NCBI GenBank assembly: GCA_039818205.1
Contig: JBCBUK010000002.1
Span: forward strand, 96,001-160,000
Length of the DNA: 64,000 bases
Direction: 5' to 3'
Origin: Verrucomicrobiota bacterium
Lineage (GTDB): Bacteria; Verrucomicrobiota; Verrucomicrobiia; Opitutales; Cerasicoccaceae
Shown: positions 58,497 through 64,000 of the stretch, piece by piece
How positions within the stretch are numbered: position 1 is the first letter of the stretch
Layout of the letters: each line of letters begins with the position of its first letter
The notes under the pieces: model-generated
Told to the model about the DNA's origin: nothing
Databases searched by the model: none
What the model saw: only the letters and a program-made list of their open reading frames with translations
Program-made: the position numbers and the translations under genes

Positions 58497-59261
58497 ATGT
58501 ATGCTGAACACCCAATTTCCGATCCGTCCACGATCGACACCCAAACATTCGACCGCAACGCGCTGATCAGTCAGCACTACCCACTCGTCCGCTCAATCGT
58601 TAACAGCATGTTGGCACACCTGCCGGCTTGTGCGGATGCAGACGAGCTCCACAGTGTCGGCGTTACCGGTCTGATCGCAGCAGTCGATCGTTACAAGCCA
58701 GAGCACGCCGCGACCTTCCGCTCCTATGCCGGCACCCGTATCCGGGGCGCGATCCTCGACGAGCTTCGCCGGATGGACGCCTTGCCTCGCACCCGCCGTG
58801 CAAAAGTAAGACGCATGCGCGAAACCGTCGAGAAGCTTGAGCAGCAGTATGGCCGTGCTCCGACCGATACCGAAATCGCAAAGTCGCTGAATTTGTCCCC
58901 GAAACAGTATGACCGTTTTCGCCAAGGTGCTGAGCCGGTTCACTTTGTTTCACTGGACCAATCTCACCGTTCGGCGAATGAAGACGAACCGAATTTACAC
59001 GAGACGATTGCAGACGATCGCGCCGAGCCCGTTTTCGATAAAATGGAGCACAACGAGTTGGTCAAAGAAGTAATCGAAATGATTCAAGATCTTCCTGAGC
59101 GCCAACGCTCGATCTTGATTCAGTATTACTATGAAGGTAAGCGCTTGGCCGAGATTGCAGAAACCTATGGCGTTACCGAAGCCCGGATTTGCCAAATTCA
59201 TACCCAGGCGGTCGCGAAACTGCGCCGAGCACTTAACTCAGCAGCGACCGTTTCTGCCTGA
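58497..59261 (+). CDS. FliA/WhiG-family RNA polymerase sigma factor (sigma-28)
   Basis: DEL.S.G..GLI.AVDRY, F.SYA..RIRGAILDELR.MD, SLD, LPER, LAEIA..YGVTEARICQIH. Confidence 0.93.
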   Translation: MYAEHPISDPSTIDTQTFDRNALISQHYPLVRSIVNSMLAHLPACADADELHSVGVTGLIAAVDRYKPEHAATFRSYAGTRIRGAILDELRRMDALPRTRRAKVRRMRETVEKLEQQYGRAPTDTEIAKSLNLSPKQYDRFRQGAEPVHFVSLDQSHRSANEDEPNLHETIADDRAEPVFDKMEHNELVKEVIEMIQDLPERQRSILIQYYYEGKRLAEIAETYGVTEARICQIHTQAVAKLRRALNSAATVSA

Positions 59262-59294
59262 TAGCAGAGCTTGTCTACATCCAAGGATCATAAG

Positions 59295-59330
59295 AAGCAG
59301 GCGTTCCGCAATGCGGCGCCTGCTTTTATT
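59295..59330 (+). terminator. intrinsic terminator after the sigma-28 gene
   Basis: AAGCAGGCG(TT)CCGC-AAT-GCGGCGCCTGCTT followed by TTATT. Confidence 0.75.
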
Positions 59331-59420
59331 GTGCACAGATATTTTTGTTTCTGCCCGAATAAATCGAATATCGGGCAGGGGTTGATCGTTGAATGATTGA
59401 ACTTCAACCAAATCAACCGA

Positions 59421-59891
59421 ATGAAAAATATCATCAAAACCTGTGCATTCATTGCGCTCACTCTGACACTGGGCGCAGCCAGCAGCCAAGCCCGCGGCGA
59501 TCATCGAGACAATAACGAAGCTTGGGCCGCATTGGGTGGCTTCATCGGGGGCGTGATTACCGCGGAGGTGCTCAACGATCACCATCAATACGCCAACTAC
59601 TCAGTTGAATACCGCGATCGGCCCAAGCACAATGCGGGCTATCGGGACTGCCGACCAACTCGTTGCGATACCCCCAAGCGCGACTACCGGAGATATTCCA
59701 ACGGAGGAGATTGCTGCGGTGGCGGATACTGGAAAGTCGTGAAGCGTAAGGTCTGGGTTCCCGGATCCTGGTCGTATCGCTGGAGCTCCTGCGGCACCCA
59801 TAAGGTCCGTTACCGTACGCAGGGCTACTACAAGGTTAAGCGCGAACGGGTTTGGATAAGTGGACACAGCCGCTCATGCCGTTATCGCTAG
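59421..59891 (+). CDS. small secreted Arg/Tyr/Cys-rich protein with VWVPG-type repeats
   Basis: Signal peptide, AALGGFIGGVI glycine zipper, GGYWKVVKRKVWVPG and GYYKVKRERVWISG. Confidence 0.75.
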   Translation: MKNIIKTCAFIALTLTLGAASSQARGDHRDNNEAWAALGGFIGGVITAEVLNDHHQYANYSVEYRDRPKHNAGYRDCRPTRCDTPKRDYRRYSNGGDCCGGGYWKVVKRKVWVPGSWSYRWSSCGTHKVRYRTQGYYKVKRERVWISGHSRSCRYR

Positions 59892-59914
59892 TCTTAGAAC
59901 CCCAAAATGCCCGG

Positions 59915-59951
59915 AGGCTGAGGCGAGAGATGCTCTTTCGCCTCGCCTTTT
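59915..59951 (+). terminator. intrinsic terminator
   Basis: AGGC(T)GAGGCGAGAGA-TGC-TCTTTCGCCTCGCCT followed by TTT. Confidence 0.65.
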
Positions 59952-59979
59952 GCGGCAGTAATAATTTACCTCAAATTTA

Positions 59980-60480
59980 ATGACCGACGACGAACAGCAA
60001 TTGTTGATGCGCCACTTCGATGGGGAAGCGACCACGGACGAGGAGGTAGCCGTTGCGCGATTGCTGGACGAGAGTTCGGAAGCTCAGGGCCTGCTCGACC
60101 AATGGAGGCAACAGCGAGATGGGTTTAAGGGCGTGCCTCGGGAGCTCTCGGAGGTCGAAGTTGAATCGGATTGGCGCCGGTTGCAGGCTCAGTTGTTAAC
60201 AGATGATCAAACCCTTGAAGATGATAATGAGGGAGCCGTTGCAAAGCCGTTTTCGACGCCTGCTTGGATTTGGAGTGCGGCAGCAGCCATCATTGCGTTG
60301 GCCGCGGTCGTTTTCTTATTGCCGCGCAGCCCGATTGATCCACCGGGATCGCAATACCCAGTCGGTGCCAACATCGTCGAGACGGTGGAGACGGATTTGG
60401 AAGGCGTATCCCCAATTGTATTCGTCGATGCGCAAACCGGTTGGTCCGTTGTCTGGGTCGACGAAGCTCCCTCAGGTTAA
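59980..60480 (+). CDS. putative membrane anti-sigma factor
   Basis: N-terminal LLMRHFDGE...E...V..LL, a central TM (WSAAAAIIALAAVVFLL) and a short periplasmic tail. Confidence 0.65.
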   Translation: MTDDEQQLLMRHFDGEATTDEEVAVARLLDESSEAQGLLDQWRQQRDGFKGVPRELSEVEVESDWRRLQAQLLTDDQTLEDDNEGAVAKPFSTPAWIWSAAAAIIALAAVVFLLPRSPIDPPGSQYPVGANIVETVETDLEGVSPIVFVDAQTGWSVVWVDEAPSG

Positions 60481-60558
60481 AGGAAGCTTTTTTCTTTGCA
60501 TCATTGGCTAAAACTTTAGTTCTTGGGGCCGGCGGACATCTGTCTGCCATCGGCCCAT

Positions 60559-62046
60559 ATGCTATTTAACTCCTACGAGTTTATTGTACTGTTTCTCCCG
60601 TTGACTGTGGTTGGCTATTACCTGCTGGGTAGGTTTAGCGAACCCGTGAACGCTCGGCGGTGGTTGATCGCAGCCTCCCTGTTTTACTATGGTTGGTGGA
60701 ACCCGATCTATCTGGTGCTGATCTTGGGTTCGGCAGGATTCAATTACTGGCTGGGCGAGATCCTCGGGCGCTGGACAACGGCGCGCAACCCCCACACGCC
60801 ACTCCTTTGCCTTGGAATCTTGGTGAACTTGATTCTTTTGGGATACTTCAAATACGCGAATTTCTTTGTCGATTCGATGAACCACTGGCTGACGGTGGAT
60901 TGGACCTTGGAGAAGATCATTCTGCCTTTGGCCATTTCGTTTTTCACCTTCCAGCAGATTGCGTATCTTATAGATGTTTACAGCGACCGGGGCCAGTCCT
61001 ATGAGTTTGGCGACTACCTGTTGTTTGTTGTCTTCTTTCCTCAATTGATTGCCGGGCCCATTGTGCATCACCAGGAAATGATGCCGCAGTTTCAACGGCG
61101 CCGCACCTATATCTTGGATTGGGAAAACATCGCAGTCGGGCTCACGCTATTCTCCTTTGGGCTATTCAAGAAAGTCATTATTGCGGATACCTTTGGTGTT
61201 CGGGCCACGGAGGCTTTCGATGTCGCGGCGGCCGGGGGAGCTCTTTATACCTGGGAGGCATGGGCTGGTGCCTTGGCCTACACGCTGCAGATTTATTTCG
61301 ACTTCTCGGGTTACACGGACATGGCGATTGGCTTGGGTCGGATGTTTGGAATTCGCTTACCTCAGAATTTTAACTCTCCGTACAAGTCCGTGGATATTGG
61401 GGAATTCTGGCGACGGTGGCACATGACCCTTTCACGCTTTCTGCGCGACTATCTCTACATACCGCTGGGTGGCAACCAGCTGGGCAAAGTTCGGCGCGAT
61501 ATCAACCTGATGATCACCATGGTTCTGGGTGGGCTTTGGCACGGTGCTGGCTGGACGTTTGTTCTTTGGGGCGCCTTGCATGGTGCTTACCTATTGATCA
61601 ACCGCCGCTTCTCCGAATGGCGTAACCCAGAAGGCAAACCAACGAAACCGATGGGTCGGTTGGGTAAATTTGTCTGCGTGCTGATCACCTTCTTTTGTGT
61701 CGTGATGGCTTGGGTTCTGTTTCGTGCGGCGAATCTGGATGCCGCGATCAATATGTATGAGGCGATGTTTGGTCTGCAAACAAGCACGGAACACGTGCGT
61801 TTGTTTAAGCCACAGATCTTTGCCTTTGCCGGACTCGCACTAATCTTTTGCTGGTTAGCTCCCAACCTTCAGGAGTTCATGGCTCGATTTCATCAGCCGC
61901 CAGGCGCGGACGGACGCCTCGAAATCGTTCCGAGCAAAATCGCTTGGAACCCAACCGTGCTTTGGGCTCTCGTGGCGGGAGTTATCTTTCTTTCGGCGTT
62001 CATCTCGCTGTCGGGCAATAGCGAATTTCTTTACTATCAATTTTGA
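60559..62046 (+). CDS. MBOAT O-acyltransferase (AlgI/DltB-like)
   Basis: MLFNS.EF, FKYANFF, LPLAISFFTFQ, FFPQLIAGPI, QIYFDFSGY.DMA, FWRRWH.TLS, GLWHGA, EFLYYQF. Confidence 0.95.
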   Translation: MLFNSYEFIVLFLPLTVVGYYLLGRFSEPVNARRWLIAASLFYYGWWNPIYLVLILGSAGFNYWLGEILGRWTTARNPHTPLLCLGILVNLILLGYFKYANFFVDSMNHWLTVDWTLEKIILPLAISFFTFQQIAYLIDVYSDRGQSYEFGDYLLFVVFFPQLIAGPIVHHQEMMPQFQRRRTYILDWENIAVGLTLFSFGLFKKVIIADTFGVRATEAFDVAAAGGALYTWEAWAGALAYTLQIYFDFSGYTDMAIGLGRMFGIRLPQNFNSPYKSVDIGEFWRRWHMTLSRFLRDYLYIPLGGNQLGKVRRDINLMITMVLGGLWHGAGWTFVLWGALHGAYLLINRRFSEWRNPEGKPTKPMGRLGKFVCVLITFFCVVMAWVLFRAANLDAAINMYEAMFGLQTSTEHVRLFKPQIFAFAGLALIFCWLAPNLQEFMARFHQPPGADGRLEIVPSKIAWNPTVLWALVAGVIFLSAFISLSGNSEFLYYQF

Positions 62047-62981
62047 TGACCAGCGAAGACACAACCAGTTTTCGACGCTACCTCGTAACCTTTGCTTTGA
62101 TCGTGGTCGGGGGCGTCGCGTTGGTCGGTGGATTCTGTTATTGGGTCGATCCGTTTGGGATTTTTGGTATGAACTCCGTGGGAATTTACTCCAGTGCGGA
62201 TCGCGAATCAAAGGCCCAGTTCTACGGTCGCGGAGATTACGATGCCGTCCTATTGGGGAACAGCAAAGCGGCCATGATCCCAGCGTCGGAGATCGATGGG
62301 CACACTTTTTTTAGTGCGACTTTTGGCGGGGCGATGCCGGAGGAATTGTTCTACTTTGCGGATCGGCATCTTGAGGAAGGTGAGCTGGCGATCGTCTTGT
62401 TCGATATCTGGAGCTACGGGACCGAAGCTCCCATTAAGGAGGATCCCTTTGCGACGCGGGGCGTTCAGGAGTATCTCGATCGCCTGTTTAGCCTCCACGC
62501 ATTCGATGAGTCGGTGAAGACCCTGCGCCGCCATTACAAGGGAGAGCAACCAGCGTTTGCTCCCGATGGATCATTCATTGCCCAGCGCTGGATCGAGACC
62601 AAAGATGCGCCCAATGCGGCTTTGTATAAAGCGGAGCTCAACGCGCATGAGCGCTGGTTTAACGAATTCGAACTCTCGGATGAGCGGTTGCGCATGATCG
62701 ATCGCCTAGCCCGAGCGCTGAAGGCGCAGGGCTACCATCCCGTTGCGGTCATCGCACCGATGCATGTCGAATCACTGAAACGCCTGGAAGGGACACCAGC
62801 CCAAGAGGCGATGGATTTGTGGAAGCAGGAGATCAATCGAGCGTTCCCCGAGGTTATTGATTTGATGGATTCCAAATATTCAACGCCCGAAAACTATTTT
62901 CCCGCGGACCCCACACACTTTCGTCCCGAAACCGGCGTGAGCATGATCAACGACGAGGTGATGTCGGTTGAGCGCTATTGA
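62046..62981 (+). CDS. MBOAT-associated periplasmic SGNH-like protein
   Basis: N-terminal TM ending VDPFG, LLGNS block I and C-terminal D..H (DPTH); start overlaps the MBOAT stop. Confidence 0.7.
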   Translation: MTSEDTTSFRRYLVTFALIVVGGVALVGGFCYWVDPFGIFGMNSVGIYSSADRESKAQFYGRGDYDAVLLGNSKAAMIPASEIDGHTFFSATFGGAMPEELFYFADRHLEEGELAIVLFDIWSYGTEAPIKEDPFATRGVQEYLDRLFSLHAFDESVKTLRRHYKGEQPAFAPDGSFIAQRWIETKDAPNAALYKAELNAHERWFNEFELSDERLRMIDRLARALKAQGYHPVAVIAPMHVESLKRLEGTPAQEAMDLWKQEINRAFPEVIDLMDSKYSTPENYFPADPTHFRPETGVSMINDEVMSVERY

Positions 62982-63044
62982 TTGATTTCCGCCTAGGAGC
63001 GATTCGTGCTTTTCGAACGCGATTACATTTGCTTGTTTACCAGG

Positions 63045-63503
63045 ATGAAACCACGTCCCATACCGGGGTCAACGGGGGAAGTGCTCACCAATTTGCCTTC
63101 GCCTTATTTACCACATGCCGCAACTGGCCTCCTGCATTTGCCGCGATTTATTGCGAAAATTCGCTACACCCAAACGCATGGTGAATTGCCCAAGAGCTAC
63201 CGCAAAAACTATAAGCGTGGCTTCGATCGATTCCTGTGTATGCACCTGGACGTGGATCCCGGCGACGTGGAAAAAATCGTGATGGAAAGCGCGGATGACG
63301 CTGAAGCCGACCAACGTTTGTTGGAGCTTTTTCCTGAGGATGTGCAGGCTCCGAAGTGGAATCGTGAGCTCGTTCAAAAGGGTATGACCGAGGCCGGCCG
63401 CGAGTTTATCCGCGAGTCACTCGAGGCGATGGGTTGCTTGGAATGGGATGGCGACGTCAAGTCAGTTGCTGACATGATTGAGCTCGACGAGGGCCGTATT
63501 TAG
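63045..63503 (+). CDS. DUF5069-like protein
   Basis: SPY.....GL.HLPRFI.KIR....GELP..Y.....GFD, IE.DEGR. Confidence 0.75.
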   Translation: MKPRPIPGSTGEVLTNLPSPYLPHAATGLLHLPRFIAKIRYTQTHGELPKSYRKNYKRGFDRFLCMHLDVDPGDVEKIVMESADDAEADQRLLELFPEDVQAPKWNRELVQKGMTEAGREFIRESLEAMGCLEWDGDVKSVADMIELDEGRI

Positions 63504-63575
63504 GAATTTTGCGAGTTCGGTGGGCTCCGGCACTTGCTTGACAAGCGTCCGGTTCATGCCGCCTAATGCTTTCGA

Positions 63576-64000
63576 ATGTTTGTTGATGAAGTAACCGTGA
63601 AGTTGAAAGCGGGTGACGGCGGTGATGGCTGTCTGAGTTTTCGACGCGAAAAATACGAACCTCGTGGCGGCCCGAACGGAGGCAACGGTGGGCGCGGGGG
63701 CAATGTGGTCCTCGTCGGCGATGAAAACACGGCTGACCTCGTCGACTACAAGTTCATGCCACATGCGAAGGCGCAGAACGGGGAAACCGGGCGGGGTTCC
63801 GATCAGCATGGTGCATGGGGTGACGACAAGCGCCTGCTTTTACCACTAGGCACGCAGGTATTCGATGTGATCAGCGAGCAGATGGTCTGTGAGCTGGTTG
63901 AGCACGATCAGGAAATTATTTTGCTTAATGGCGGGCGCGGTGGACTGGGCAACCAGGTCTTCAAGTCGTCCGTCAACCAGGCGCCACGTAAGATCACTCC
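63576..64000 (+). CDS. obgE: GTPase ObgE, 5' part (runs off the window)
   Basis: MFVDEV..KLKAGDGGDG..SFRREKY.P.GGPNGG.GG.GG, GGRGGLGN..FKSS.NQAP. Confidence 0.96.
   Translation, partial: MFVDEVTVKLKAGDGGDGCLSFRREKYEPRGGPNGGNGGRGGNVVLVGDENTADLVDYKFMPHAKAQNGETGRGSDQHGAWGDDKRLLLPLGTQVFDVISEQMVCELVEHDQEIILLNGGRGGLGNQVFKSSVNQAPRKIT

Noticed and set aside
1..64000. CRISPR array, rRNA, prophage or intact transposase
   Set aside because: No regularly spaced repeats, rRNA-like sequence, phage structural genes or full transposase ORFs were seen.

Overview
This is a 64 kb bacterial chromosome segment, most likely from Verrucomicrobiota/Opitutales. That is inferred from a DUF5069-like gene, a Verrucomicrobia-type C-terminal 'Y.LQRS..L..W...FYR' tail and a Chlamydia-like ribonucleotide reductase. 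Most of the window is housekeeping: NfeD protease, a PAS-kinase/receiver/hybrid-kinase trio, nifJ plus a DHOD-like gene, glnE, prc, rseP, hisC, a DEAD-box helicase, metW, a dimeric dUTPase, purK, nrdB/nrdA, an AddB-like nuclease, sixA, ispA, msrA, a sigma-28, an MBOAT pair and a partial obgE. The accessory part starts at tRNA-Leu(TAG), 20136-20220. A ~5 kb AT-richer, integrase-less island follows, bounded by a direct repeat of the tRNA 3' end. It carries a Wzx flippase, a methyltransferase, a sulfotransferase, a GT2 and an IS3 scar. Four things stand out. (1) A Sec-signal 2.1-kaa RHS protein has lectin-like N-terminal modules, a P-domain grafted into the YD shell and a glycine-zipper cargo. 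Its partner is not an immunity gene but a secreted YD-hairpin/FN3/sorting-tail protein. (2) A tyrosyl-radical-less (class Ic-type) nrdB and a triple-ATP-cone nrdA each have their own tandem NrdR boxes and are split by an orphan N4C-type DNA methyltransferase. (3) A sigma-54 promoter with upstream repeats precedes a stand-alone sigma-28 gene. (4) A Fur-like protein has lost its metal ligands. All family calls come from motif recognition by eye; no searches were run.
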